A stretch of 64,000 nt of DNA from Euprymna scolopes (lineage: Eukaryota). The DNA is taken from assembly GCA_053919585.1 (NCBI GenBank), contig CM132795.1. One strand, 5' to 3'. Positions within the stretch are counted from its first letter, which is position 1. Each line of letters opens with the position of its first letter. The notes below the pieces were generated by a model. That model saw only the letters and a program-made list of their open reading frames with translations. It ran no database searches and had not been told where the DNA came from. This document shows, piece after piece, positions 37,701-51,741 of the stretch. A program made the translations under genes and the position numbers.

Positions 37701-38896
37701 GTCTTGTAAGTGTTTGTTTTTTAGCATTACCACATTCTGTAAAATGTTTTCGGAAGCAGCTTAGTAAAAAAATATAAGCAATTATCTTACATATAGAATT
37801 ATATTTGACAACTTTACCTGTCATTAATTACCTGTAGATGGTTGATGTCAGAAAAAAAAACGACCAAAGGTAAATAACTTTTGTATTCAAGTTTCAATTT
37901 CTTTCACTTACACTTTTGTTGTAAACTTTTAATACAGAAACCGTTTTATTTATATACCCTGTTTGGACTAAAAGTTTCCTTACTGTGGTTGCTCCTAAAT
38001 CAAGGTTCGTTGTATACATTGAAAAACTATCACTTCTTCGAAAGGGACGTGTTTAACATCTTTGTTTGCAATGATCACCTCTCGAGATTTGATTTATAAT
38101 TGACGTTGATTTTGTGTCTGCATTTGTTGAAATTGTGAAAGTCGTATCGGCAAACACAATTTCAGATTTCTATGCGTGTGGTTTTCTTGTGCGGTCCTTA
38201 TTACTGATTTATGCCTTTGTTTCAGGGGTTGGATGTTGATTGATGGAAACGGTCTCCAATAACTGCCTGTAATGTATGATATGCCCCATCGTCTACGTAA
38301 ACCTCGGCGTATCTTGACAATCGCTTCCCGCTTTTGTTATCATAATAATTCATAACGATCGAACGCGCCAATCGTGGAAGGCGTATATAATTTTCTCTAG
38401 TCATCAGAATATCGTTCGCGTAGAAGATGCGCAACACGGTAACTACCATCCATGGCTACAACGCCGTGGTAGAAATGACGTCGGCTTAGAAAGTCGACAC
38501 CATCACTTGATTGAAATACGTATGCATTTATCTTATACTAACTTCGCCTTAAAGTAAAGAAAATCTATCAACCATTACAGATGACAGTGCAATACATTCA
38601 TTATAACTTCGATTTTATCTGCATTTAATTGGAGAAAGCCATTTAGAAGTTCAAATCTTGTTATACAAACTTTCGTAAAGTTTATATTGAATGCTAGGTG
38701 TCATATCTTTGATAGAAAAATTAGAAGTATGACCGTACTACTGAATGTAATTATTTTTATTTTAACAATTATAGTTTAAAACCATTGGAATGACGTACAC
38801 TTGAAATATGACAGTATTTAAGATGACTAGCAGGAAATTAAAACATGAAAACTACTACACAAATACGTGTTTATCCTTATTCCAATTTGTATAATG

Positions 38897-38948
<52 letters not shown>

Positions 38949-39076
38949 GAACGATAACAATATTTCATGAAGTTAAATGTATTAGGTTGACGGTTGGACT
39001 CTTCATATTAGAGTAATTCCATATATAACTATACTTATGAATGTTAATGAACCTGATAATGGATATACTTTAATAC

Positions 39077-39137
<61 letters not shown>

Positions 39138-40100
39138 ATTATTTATTGTGAGTGATAAAAATACATTTATAGTAAGTTAGCTCTAGAGATGCATCCGAAC
39201 ATAATCTATAGAAACGGAGTTCAGTCAGACTATCGATATCCACTGAAGGGTGCCTGTGCACTAAATTGTTGTGGCAAAAGTTGCAATCCTTAATCACACA
39301 TTACACATCTCCTAAGTCGACACTGTTTTGATTCCAGTTGCAAGTATCTGTTGGGGATGACTAGAAACAATGTCAATATCAGCGGAGAGCACATAGTATC
39401 TAGTGTTCCCAAATAGTCTGGTACTGGCCAGGCTTAAATTTAGTGATCTTGCCAAAACTGGCGTCAAGATGATTGTGCTAACTCTATATATATTATGTAA
39501 CATGTTTTATTTTACTTCGCGATTTTTGGCGTTATAAATTAAAGTAAACAAGTGGATGAACAAGGCTGAGAATACATTAAAATTATTCCACAATAGTAAA
39601 TGTAAGACGTTCGGCCAGATTGAAATTTATGCCCCCCAAAACGATACGGTCTGATACGTTTTCTCTTTTAGAAATTACTTACAAGTTATATTAATGTAAA
39701 CATTACCCAGTATATCTTGTTAAAATGCACTATATAGATATGGCACAGAAATTTGAATGGCTACAAAAAGAAAATCGTATCAAAACTTTCTTTATGCTAC
39801 ATTAGACTGAAATAATGTAGGTTTAATTCTAATGTATTTATAAGGGATTTTAAATTATATGTGAACTATTAGATAGTGATAACATGCTGTGACGTTCTAA
39901 AGGTTTAAGTGAATTCGTCAGTAAATAACCTTAAATAGTTGACACGTCGTTAAAAACAGACAACAGTTAAAATATATTAAACTCAAATGTAAAAGCACTG
40001 TTTTTAGGCAGTGGTGTTTTGACTGATGCATTATAAAAATAGTTTGAATTATAAGTTCATAAAAGTAAGTTATCTTTTTTATGCTGAAAATTATTTGAAG

Positions 40101-40121
40101 TCTATTATATAAAAGCGGAAA

Positions 40122-40154
<33 letters not shown>

Positions 40155-41050
40155 ATTTTTCGTGTATGTCCGCCTAAGGCTTTTCTTCGGGAAGGGGCGA
40201 TCGGTCCGGTCACTGTTTAAAACTTTTTATATACTGTCTAAATCGTAATATCTTCGAGTTAAGAATGGGGGTCGCGTCTATTTTTAATTTGCCCGACTTT
40301 TGCGCGCTATCTTCAAGATTTTTGTCGATTGCCGCGTTTTCGTTTCACTTTTCAGTATAAAAAAGCGAAACTTGGAAAACGAATTTGGGTACTAATGCAC
40401 TTATTGATCCGTGCTGAAAAAATAACGTTATTATTTAAAAAAAAAATCTCAATATGGAAAAGGGAGGGTGTTTTTTTACCTATTCTGTTCTTTAACCTTA
40501 CAATTAAATAAAAAAATATAAAATTCTAATTAAACTTGAAAATACGATTTAAAAATAACGCGGATCAGTAAGTGCATTAGCACCCGAATTTGTGTTCTCG
40601 GCCCGGGCCTCAGGGACGTCCAGAATGCAAATCAGCTTTTGATCAATGCAGTTGGACACCCCCATTTTTTATGGCGAGCTGGTTTTCACGCCTACCCAAG
40701 GTCTTGGGGAAAACAAAACCAAAACAACTGCCTCGCAGCCATACTTAAATGCGGAATTGATGTTTGACTTAATAAATGTTTTAGTTAAGTCACCAGGCTT
40801 TTTTTCGCTTTCGCCTAAAGAATGTTGGTTCGAGCTTACCTACCTCCCCAAATCTTTTTTTGTTTTCACACACCCGGGCACTGCCTGGCCGTTCGTATTG
40901 CATCACGTTCGTATTTTAAAAATTGTTCCCCGCTTTTTTATAAGTTTTAACGTTGTTTTAATTTAAACAGGGTTATTACTTCGATTTGTTTTGGTTTTAC
41001 CCCCACACACACCTCTAAACACCCGAGCAAATCCGGGTACCCCTCGCTAA
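40101..41050 (+). mobile_element. Non-autonomous Helitron-like element hosting a MITE
   Basis: 5' TCTATTATATAAAAG plus (GT)n; 3' CACACCTCTAAACACCCGAGCAAATCCGGG hairpin and CTAA|T, like units 2/3 at 11.5-12.4 kb. Confidence 0.65.
40388..40584 (-). mobile_element. Merlin-like MITE (subtype A)
   Basis: Perfect 8-bp TSD CGAATTTG. Confidence 0.9.
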
Positions 41051-42049
41051 TATGTAATAAAAAAAAACAATTCAAATCAGTGATACCCTATAGGCCGTTT
41101 TTAGACTTCATATACAAATAAGGAATACGATTCATTCTACGTATCATTTTTGTGTCATATAACAATTGGAACTGATATTGAAGTATGCATTACTGCAGAG
41201 GCGTAAATCATGTCATTTAAATAAAAAAAATCATCTGGAATGAGGTAAAACCATGAACGGTAAAATGTATGTATAACGTTGATCACAAACTGCCCGTTCT
41301 AATATATAGTATTATCTTAAAAAATGCCACACAATCACCTGACAAAGGTTCTCGTTAGATCACCGAATTTAAGCAATGTTGAGTCTAACGAACACTAGAT
41401 GGCTGACCATTTGAGAATTCCCGTCGCTATACGTATAGGGATGTAAACACATCTGGCAGCTTCTGCATTCAGCTTGGCCTCTAGCTGTCTCGACCTTGTC
41501 TTGCCAATCGACTAGGTTAAGTGGGACGACAGAATAAAATCTGCTCTGCTTTAACAAGCTTCATTAAAAAATGAAAGCTGAGCGCGTGTTAGCACTTATC
41601 CTTTGGCTGATCAGATGTTTTTGTCATTCTAATAGTCGAACATATATATTTAACATAGCACAGAAGCGCGTCTGCTAATGCATGCAAAATTACTTCACCG
41701 GTAAAGAAAAATGAAGCGAGATCACGTTAGAGGTGTATCTGATGTTCAAAAGCACATTCGAGAAGACGATCACAAACGAGACTAAAGAAATAAATGGCAT
41801 TGTACATCAAAAATAACTAGTTGAAGTTGTTTTCCTTTTTGTTTTGCGACTAAGTTTACATGATTATTTTATAAAGTCACAAATATATAGTCTCTGAATT
41901 TACTTTCTTACGGCTTACAATTGTTATAAGATCACAGGATAGTAGGTGTTAATGAGTTTGTCAAGCTAATACCGGAATAATTAGAAACTAATTTGGAAAT
42001 TAAGCAGGGTTTGATTATTAAATAGGAATGCTGAACTAGCACGTCTATA

Positions 42050-42243
42050 AGTACTAGTCCACTTATTGATCTGTGCTGAAATAACGTTATTATTTAAAAA
42101 GCGATTCTTAACAGGAGGTGGGGATGGTGTTTTGTACATATTCTTTACTTTAACCTTACAACTGAAAAAAAAACCCATAAAACTTTAATTAAACTTGGAA
42201 ATACGATTTACAAATGGCACGAATCAGTAAGTTCACTAGAACC
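42050..42243 (-). mobile_element. Merlin-like MITE
   Basis: Full-length, diverged copy. Confidence 0.8.
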
Positions 42244-42779
42244 CTTATTTATATTAGACTGAAAACCAGTGTTGCAGTTTAATGAAAATCAGCTCTGAGG
42301 TATTGTTCCGCAAACGTCTAATTCGAGAAATCTTATATTCATGAAATCTGTTAGTTATTAAGTAAAACATGAAATAAGAATTTCAGTAGTAGACCAATTT
42401 TTGTTGTGCTATTCTTTTACAGTAAAAATTATACGTTTGAATTTAGTCGCGAATCTGATATGAAAAGAGAGCAGCGTAAAGCTACATCTGTTTAAACATA
42501 CGATTCAAGAGGTCTTAACTCAAATATTCGAGTTTAGTGAAGGTTACCTGTTTTTTTTTTTGGGGGGGGGATTTCGAGTTTAGGGGGAATGTGCCACAGT
42601 TTTAGGGTAAATCTTTCGACCGGGGTCTAAGTTTTAAGAATGTGAAATTCGGGTAATATGTCTGCTCGGTTTCGATTGATGGTATTTGTACATACTTCTA
42701 ACAAGTGGTGAAACAGTAAAGTAGATTTTATCATGTCTAATATATATATATATATATATATGACAATATTAAATTACCT

Positions 42780-42976
42780 GGTACTCATGCACTTATTGAT
42801 CCGTGCTGAAATAATAACGTTATTATTTAAAAAGCCATTCTTAACATGTGGAGGGGAGGGTGTTTTGTGCCTATTCTGTATTTAACCTTACAATTGCATT
42901 AAAAAAACATAAAAATTTAATTAAACTTGGAAATACGATTTAAAAAATAGCACAGATCGGTAAGTGCATTAGCACC
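42780..42976 (-). mobile_element. Merlin-like MITE (subtype A)
   Basis: Flanks aattacct/aattgcct. Confidence 0.9.
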
Positions 42977-43563
42977 AATTGCCTGTTTAAAATTTCTTTC
43001 TACCCCCTTATTGTATTTTATTTACATTCGAATTTCGGACGCTAACAACACATTAAACATTTTCGGATGATGAGATATGTAGATTGTTTTACGTCTGACT
43101 ACAGTATTCAGTGGTATTTGTTGACATTCTCTTCACGCCAATTTCATCACCGTAATCTGGTTTATACTTCGTAAAAATTTGAACTTTCTCGTATCTAGAT
43201 AAAAAAAAACATGTTGGTAATTAATTCAGTACTTCACATTTTTTGGAGTGGCGAAACATTTTAACGGATTATTTTTTTTCTCACTTAGGTAAGTTCCGAG
43301 ATGGTTTGTCTTTGGCAATTGTAACAGATGAAACACGAATGCTGCTTACATCTTAGAGACAACTCGTAATAAATTTGGATAAAAGAACTTTTATATATTC
43401 GGAGCGGAAATATCAGGCAGAAACAATGTGTAAAGGTTTGGAACACGTTTGAAAATATTTTCTATATCTCCACAATGCATGGTCAGTACTCTTCTTGATT
43501 CATCTTACTACTATAATCTTAGACAGGAGAATGTAAACGTTATCTATGCATCTGTAAAATTGA

Positions 43564-43897
43564 GGTACTAGTGAACTTATTGATCCGTGCTGAAATAATG
43601 TTATTTAAAAAAAAAATACTTAACATGGGGAGGAAAGGCTGTTTTGTACCTATCCGTACTTTAAACTTACAATTGAATAAAAAAAAAAACACCATAAAAC
43701 TTTGGTCCTAGTGCACTTATTGATCCGTGCTGAAATAATAACGTTATCATTTAAAAAGCCATTCTTAACATGGGGAGAGGGGGGTGTTTTGTACGTATTC
43801 TGTACTTTAACCTTACAATTGAATAAAAAAAAAAACTTTAATTAAACTCGGAAATACGATTTAAAAAATAGCGCGGATCAGTAAGTGCACGAGCACC
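43564..43897 (-). mobile_element. Tandem Merlin-like MITEs (partial 43564-43703 plus full 43704-43897)
   Basis: Two same-side TIRs and one opposite TIR; outer flanks aaaattga/agcattga. Confidence 0.85.
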
Positions 43898-44439
43898 AGC
43901 ATTGAAAATGTGCGAGGGCAATTCTGAACTTATATACTAAAAAAAATTTGTATTTACAGACTTGAAATTAAGCATGTAGGGTATTCTGACTTGTGGAAAA
44001 CTTTGTAATTGATTTCATCTGTTAAGAAGTCAAAATTAGAAAAATTGGTACGACGGGGGGGGGGATAGTCGGATTTTTATCCGTTTGCTAACTGTTTCAC
44101 AAATGTGTATGCATGATCCCTACAGCTGACAGATTCCTTATGTTAAGAATAAATAGATTTGAAAACACTTTTTAAAGATCATGTCAAACTGGCCTAATGA
44201 TTATCGTGCTTGACTCACTGTCTTTAGGTTTTAGTTTCAATCTTGGCTCGAGTATTGTTTGTACTTACAAAAGTGAACTTTTGGAAAAAGCATACTCGCA
44301 TAAGTTTCGGTATAAATTGAAATATATTTATACGTATTTTATGACCTAGAAACACAGGGTGGATTGCTAGTTTATTATAATGCAATGAATGTATTTTCAT
44401 TGATACCAATCTAAGTAGTCTTATGGTACCTCTCTTACC

Positions 44440-44491
<52 letters not shown>

Positions 44492-44557
44492 TCCCAATAC
44501 ATTACCGTTTCGCTGTTTGACAGCTCATTAATGCGGCTAAACAGACAACTATATAAA

Positions 44558-44616
44558 GCCAGGATCGAAACCCGACCTCCCAAACGACAGAGATTCTAAC
44601 CCTTGAGCTATTCGGC
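44558..44616 (-). mobile_element. tRNA-derived SINE head or tRNA pseudogene
   Basis: GCCGAATAGCTCAAGGG (A box) ... GGGTTTCGATCCTGGC (B box); no intact cloverleaf. Confidence 0.5.
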
Positions 44617-44825
44617 TGCTGCTATGCGGGTAGTGAATTAGCAATGTTTTGACATTGTCCAAATACCTAAGCCTGATTTCTTTACACAAAGAGTATCGCA
44701 TCATATGATAATCGTAATTTTGTATATCACTTCCCAATATGTTCAACCCAAGATAGGGAGCATTACATATATAACAATTATAAGTTTGTTTTTGTTTCAC
44801 TGCTATATAGTTAGATTTCTACTTT

Positions 44826-45267
44826 GAGTACTTGTACAGTTTAATCAAAACATTAAATAATAGATCAAAAGTTATATTGTACGTACCCGTTATGTTCTCC
44901 GTAAATATTTTAACTACATTTGATCAAGTAGTTTGTTTTTGTTTTTTTACAGCGGAAAAAAATGACACCGCGCAAAAGATATCCATGTTTTTTTTATTTT
45001 TAGAGCATAAGGAAGAAAGAGATGCTATTTAACATATGAAGATAGGTGTCGGTGCTCTCGTGGTGCCCCCTTCATTCCTCATGGCCTAAAAATTTACATA
45101 TGGCTACCTCCAGCTTGCTGTCATAAACTATTTTTTTTCGCTATAAGAAAACTTGATCAAATTAAGTTATTTTGGAGAACTTTATTCTATAACGGGTACG
45201 TACAATATAACTTGTTTTTTTCGATATTTTCATTTTATTATGTCTTGAATAAACTGTACAAGTACCC
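44826..45267. mobile_element. Foldback MITE with ~110-bp imperfect TIRs
   Basis: GAGTACTTGTACAGTTTA..AAGTTATATTGTACGTACCCGTTAT versus ATAACGGGTACGTACAATATAACTT..TAAACTGTACAAGTACCC. Confidence 0.75.
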
Positions 45268-45499
45268 GTTTTTGTAATTAATTTTATCGCTGTAAGTCTG
45301 CGATATGTTCAATTGGTACTCATAGGAATTTAAACTGCGTTTTTTTTTTAAATATTTTTTAATAAAATACTCGATTCCTTATTAAACGATATATTGGGTG
45401 TTTAGATTTGCCTGGTGTCATTTCTCTTATATACTTTCCTGCCTCGTGATAAATGTAATTAAGCATTGTTCCTTTTCTTGATCTGTTCCTTTACAATGT

Positions 45500-46315
45500 T
45501 ATGTTTTTTTTTGTTTTTTGTATTTTTTTTGCACATGGGGATCACCACTTATCAAGGCCCAGAAGCCATGCAGGGATAAGGGTTATTTTGTGTACAATAG
45601 TCAATGCGATAATATCGTAGTAATAGTAGGTATTGGAGAGTCTTACTTAAGGGGGCGATTAATCAGGAATTTGTTTATGTTGGACTTGAAGACGTCCAAG
45701 TTGTAGCCAGGTGGGAAACAGGCAAATGGAAGAGAATTCCACAGGCGCACACTTCTCAGAAAAAAAAAACTATGTTCATGGAATCTACGTTTTGATTTAG
45801 GCACAGATAAAGAGTGGGGAAAATTACTGACAGTGGTTTTAACTAGACGGGTGTTTATCATGAAGGATTGGCGAGGGGGACCAGAGATTGGGGTTCGGAC
45901 GAGCACTTGCTATGGAAATAACGATAAAACAAAGACAGGCTCGCAAAGTCTCTTCTGTGGGAGAGAGGTTGCAGGGAAGAGAAGAGAGCATCGATCACTA
46001 AGCTACGAAGTCTATTTTGTACTTAGTCAAGGCAGGATAAGTTGTTTTTTGAAGCTCCAGCCCAGATGTGGCAGCAGTACTCCATCTTTGGACGTACTTG
46101 GCTTTTATAGAGATAGAGCATTGCATCAGTAGTGAGATATCTTCTGGGGCGGTAGAAGGATCCCACCATTTTCCTAGCGGCCCGGGCAACAGACTTGATA
46201 TACGTGTTCCATTTCAGATCAGGAGTAAAGGTCAAATCCAGGAGCTTGTCAAAACATGAAGCCTCCCCAAGACGAAAGCCATCCATTTCAATTGATGCTA
46301 GATGAGGAACAGAGC
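45500..46315 (-). mobile_element. 5'-truncated CR1-like LINE
   Basis: ORF 46023-46286 (LTFTPDLKWNTYI...YLYKSQVRPKMEYCCHIWAGA) and ORF 45643-45906 (HSFFFLRSVRLWNSLP); same 3' end as the 1.7 kb copy. Confidence 0.9.
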
Positions 46316-46968
46316 ATTGATGATGTAAAGTTAGGAGTTCTTAAATAGTTCTTAAAAGTAAGGTATTAATAGTATAATTATAAATATTTACTTGTAGATA
46401 TATTATGATCTTATAATTTCCTATATTTGCGATTTGCTACATATTTTTAATTAGGAATGTGGAATTTGCCACTGGATTATGATTTAAACGGTTTTTCTAT
46501 TTGAATCCCAAAAGGAACTAAACAGCGAATAGTTGACGTCTGTTTTCTACTTAACTATTCAAATTAATGTTTGTGTTTTCAGTGTTATATACTTTAATTC
46601 TTTTGTAATTTAGACTTTTTAAGAGTAAGTAGGCTCATATCAGTGGTAAACTTGGGATATGTTAAACATTATATCGATGAATACTACTGTATTTTTTTTA
46701 AATATCCCAAGTTACTTTAAACTACACACGCACAGACATATGCAAATATGTATGTATGTATGTACTATATAGCTTTCGATACAATGTCGAAAAAAAATTA
46801 TAAGGAACAATATTTACACACAAAAACAATAATAAATAAAACACACTTCTAGTCTCGTAAAACAATTGTGTATAAACATCCTCACCGAGTATATTATAAG
46901 TGATAAAACGACATACGACGGATACTCATATACCCCGCACACACAAATATATACCAACCAACACACAC

Positions 46969-47000
<32 letters not shown>

Positions 47001-50000
47001 TACCTCGCACATATGGGCACATTCACACACACCCATAATAAGCAGCATGAAAACAAGTTTGCACATACTTTATAAGATGAGAAAAATTCATACAGTCAAG
47101 CACATTCATCTAAAATATACATTGTAAAACAATACGTATACACTAATATACAAACTAAATGCTAAGAGTTCACTAGACAATACCTTCAATTTATTTTCAA
47201 GTTGAAGGATCAGGTACCTTGCTGCGTCGGTTGCTTGGAGACTGGGTAGAAGTACCAGTCAAGGATCGGCTCTTGACAATAATCCAGATAGGTGCGGAGT
47301 CAGGACCTAGCCGCTTATCTGTCGGACTGGGATACGTCGCCTGGGTATTTCAGGTCCACCATCTTATGCCTTGCTATCCGGTGTTCAACTGGAGCAATTC
47401 TATTGCTTGTTGCCTGGGACGCCCCGAGCAGGGAATGCTTAGATTTTTTTTAGGACAGACTTATCCTTTTTTCAAAAGCGCTGGTTTGAACACTAACTAC
47501 TTGCTTTGTATCACATCTTGCTGTAGTGGGCAACATTTAAAAATCTAGCTGAGATGAGCAAAACACATACATTTGCGCACATACATCTTAAGTGTAAATT
47601 GTTAAAAAGTACATATGCACACATAAATATTAAATAAAATCTTACACAAGAGTTCGCAGAACCAAAACAGTCATAAAAATATATTTTATAAAAAACCTCT
47701 ATAAATTATAACCAGTTGTTCTTTTACTAACACGAACAACCTTGGCAATTGGATGCAGTTTTTTTTGTGTTGTACTTCGAACTTGTATTATTAACGGCAT
47801 GAATTTATCGACAATACTTTTTTCCGTAAGATTTTCGCTTATATGAAAGCAGTGGGTCCAAATTCAACCGTTAAGTCTGAATATCAAACGTACACAAGTA
47901 TTATTTGTATGCGCGTATGGCATTGTGTGTATATGACTGTGCGCCTAAGATTATGAGTTTTCAATAAAGACACGTTTGTGTGCATAGATGTACATTGGTT
48001 GTGTGAGACACATCTCAAAATTGTTAATTGTTGTTTTGATTAGAGCCAGTCAAACTAAGTCTGCAGAATCTTTCTGATGTGTCCACTTCGTAAATACGTA
48101 ATGGCGTCATGTGCCTTATTCGTCGTTTAGCTAGGAATAAACCGCAAGGCGCTGAGTCGCATATTAATGCCACTACCAAGGCTGGCAGCACAAAGGAAAC
48201 CCTCAGCCGATTCCTGTTGATTTGCATAGTGGCGGCGCCCGATGTAAGCCGTCTATTCAAACCATGCGTGCTTTTCGCTCGTCAATATAGATTAATTTTG
48301 AATATTACATTATACAACGATTCGTCTTGTCTATAGATAGAAATGCCACAACGCATGCGCAAAGGGAAATGTGGCTTTCGCGGCGTGTATTCATCGTTTA
48401 TTCTATTTTCTATGTTTATTAGCATTGTAAGCCTAAGATCCTATAGCTAGTTACACTGATGGCCTTTTCAGAATGTATTCATTTAATGTGATATGCCACT
48501 TAACATGATATAAGGTTAGTTAATTTTCTTAAATACAAATTTCAGCAAGTCCATATACAGATAGCATTATTTATGATTTACAGGAACCGGAAATGAACTT
48601 AGTGCTATTGTTTGAAGGTGAACTAATAATATACATTTAAACTAGTGGCATGCACGTAAAATTAAACGTGCGAAGTATATAAGCAAATTCAATCGGTCAA
48701 TACTAGATGTCGGTTATAAGTAGCAAAGGACGAGATGTTCTGAATCGCTCGCAATCTGTTCATATCGAGTTAGTGTTGGTCAATTTAGGAATTCGCTTTA
48801 ACTTTAAACGTAATTTTACTTAAGCAGGATATTGTCTGTTATTTTGTTTCTTAGATTTTCTAAAACGTGGTTTAGTTTATTTAGTCATAAAATTATAAAT
48901 GAAAATATATGACCACGAACAAATAAAACTGAATGAGGCATTTTAGGTTTGTTTAAAATCTGCTATTATGACTAGAAAGAAGATAAGGAGTAGTTTTCAA
49001 TATGCATTCAAATTACTGTTACTTACCTGAGTTAATGGCTATTCATCCAATGAAAACTGTTCCCTTTTTGTGCATTGCATTAGTAAATCACCCAAAAGTA
49101 AATATTTAAATTTATTCCAAATTGTTTCTACTGTTACGAAATCGAGATTTAAGAACATGCGGAGTTTCTCAATATTGATTATTTTTTTCATTTACAAAAC
49201 TCAATCATGGTCTGCAAAGGTAAGTTTCACTCATACAAAACAAACCAAATATCGTGTATAAATATGTGAACATATTAATATTATGAAGCATTAGCTTCTT
49301 GGAAACGTAACTGAAAAATATTTATATGCCATAAAACACAACAACTCTAAACCTACATCCAATAATAAAGACCATTAATGAAGCTTTATGTGATGCAAGT
49401 ATAAAAAGGAACTATATCAGCTTAATTTCAGTTTATAATATTTCTTAGGTGTTTTTTCTCGAGTTAAACTGAATGCGTGATCGTATCAGTAGAAAATATA
49501 GATCAGTGTGCCCATCCAGCTACACGTTAGTAAAGCATTTATGCTGAAGTTTTAAATATCATTGTTACATGTGTTCACGAATCTTTATGAGAGGAGTTTT
49601 CTGTCAGCTAGATGATTAGAGAAATATTTTTACTCGGTAAAACAGACTGAATGGTCGCAACCTTAGTACGTTCTTGCTTCTTTGAAGTTATATTTAATTA
49701 TTTTCGAACAATTTTTTTATCTCGATTTGTAAACGTTGCAGCCATTTTTCCATCTGGCCTCAACTTAGTAAGATTTCCACAAACTCAAACAACCACAAAA
49801 TTTAAAACTCAACCTTTTGATTGAGAGAGTGATCTTTCATTGATTGCAAACGTATATAGTATCATTGTCCAATAATTATGTCTTTCTAGAAAGTACCTGC
49901 CTTTGAGGCAACTCCCAAAGTCGGATGAGGCATACATGTTGCACCTTCATGCATTGAGTAACACGCGAGAGAACGCGCTATACCTAATAAAAACAGCAGT

Positions 50001-50720
50001 CAGCATCCTTGCTATAGAATCATTGCATAGTTTCCCAAGATACAAGAAATACTGGAGAGCCCAGATCAGATTAAAGAGCTATCGCGGACACTATAAAACA
50101 AGTAGAGAATATGTCATCTTAGCAGGAGATGGACTAATATCATGAAATCATACACATTAAGAGATTGAGTATTTATGCATTATGTGGATATCTCTCTCCT
50201 CGGAACACTATTCGGTGCCTTGAATAATAATAAAATAAGCTGAGAAATGTAGTCGCCGTGATCACTTCTCAATAATCTTCTTTTTTCACATAAGATACGT
50301 TGTAAATCCTTCATTTTATTATTTCAGAGAAAAGTTGTAAGGTTAAATTCCTGTCTGTGTTTGTCAGGAATACAACACAAAAAAACGTTTTATTAATAAA
50401 GGGAAAACGCTTACTATTTTTTACGGCTTACAATCTGTGGAGTATATTAGCGTGGTAATGTTCCCTTGTTGATTACAACTTGGGTCTTTTGTATGCCAAT
50501 AATTTTTTCTTGGACCACTTCAAAATCGGTGCCAATTCTTACCGTTAATCTAGTTTAGTTATCTCATAGTGTTTATCTTTCTGGTAGCAATAATTTCAGT
50601 CTTAACTCTGATTATCTAGTGTCTTTATATATAGTAACCTCAATATTGCAAAAGTAGGGCAATGTCAGTTTACTGGCGTTTTTTATTCAATATATTTTTT
50701 GGCTGTAGTGTAAAAGTTTC

Positions 50721-50902
50721 GGTTCTCATGCAGAGAGTGATCCGTGCTGAAATAATAACGTTATTATTTAAAATGCCATTCATAACATGGGGGGGATGTG
50801 TACCTACTCTGTACTTTAACCTTACAATTGAATAAAAAAAACTTTAATTAAAATTGGAAATACGATTTAAAAAATAGCGAGAGCGCTCTCTGCATTAGCA
50901 CC
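50721..50902 (-). mobile_element. Merlin-like MITE (subtype B TIR)
   Basis: GGTTCTCATGCAGAGAGTGATCC...CTCTCTGCATTAGCACC; flanks aaagtttc/aacatttc. Confidence 0.85.
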
Positions 50903-51741
50903 AACATTTCAAATACAACTAGCTTTTTTCCGTTTAAGTGGTTCAAAAAAGAAGCCCACCCCACTTTTTAATTCTACATAATTTACACTTTGGGAAGATG
51001 TCCTCAAAATATAGCACAATAAATGAATTGAGCCTTTTCTTGGCCTCTTTTGTTACTAAAGAATTTCGTTCATATATTCATTAGGCTAAAAGCCACAAGA
51101 TGGTTGAATGCCGTTAAGATTATTAATAAAACATTATTCACCTCGTTTGCTGTGACTTTGCTGGTTGCCTTAGAAATGATAATTGTTTTGGAATAGACAG
51201 TAACAACACAAACTACATATAATCCCGAAGGCACGTGCGCATTATTTTCTGCGGCTTTGGAAAATAAACTATTTATCAATGTTGACATCAAGCTGCCTAC
51301 AATCAGTCTTCCATACATTCGATTATGTAAACATATTTTTACGTCAAGCCTATGCGTTAATCCTTAGCGTTGAATTCAATTCGTGGAGCGACGTCCTTAA
51401 CGATTAAAACTGCCAGCTTAGAAAGGGTAGACATGCTGTGAGGAATATAAATAGTTGGAAAACCATTGTAAATCTTATGATGCTTAAACCAAACAATATA
51501 ATCGGCAAGCATTTTAGAAAGTCGGCATACATTACTTTTAGATGTTCATAATAATCTCAAACTGTTACAGCTGTTGATGCTGAAAACCCGGTGTTTGGTC
51601 AACTCCACAACATAAAGTAACGCTGTGCCTTATGAGTAATAGTTTGAGCGAAAATTTGGAACTACCAATCAATACAAAACGCTTTTTTTAATATTCATCG
51701 AACATTTATATTCTGATAACTGTTTAAATAGTAAGTGCTAT

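Noticed and set aside
44558-44616. Functional tRNA gene (also 59082-59146)
   Set aside because: A and B boxes are present but the cloverleaf arms do not pair properly.
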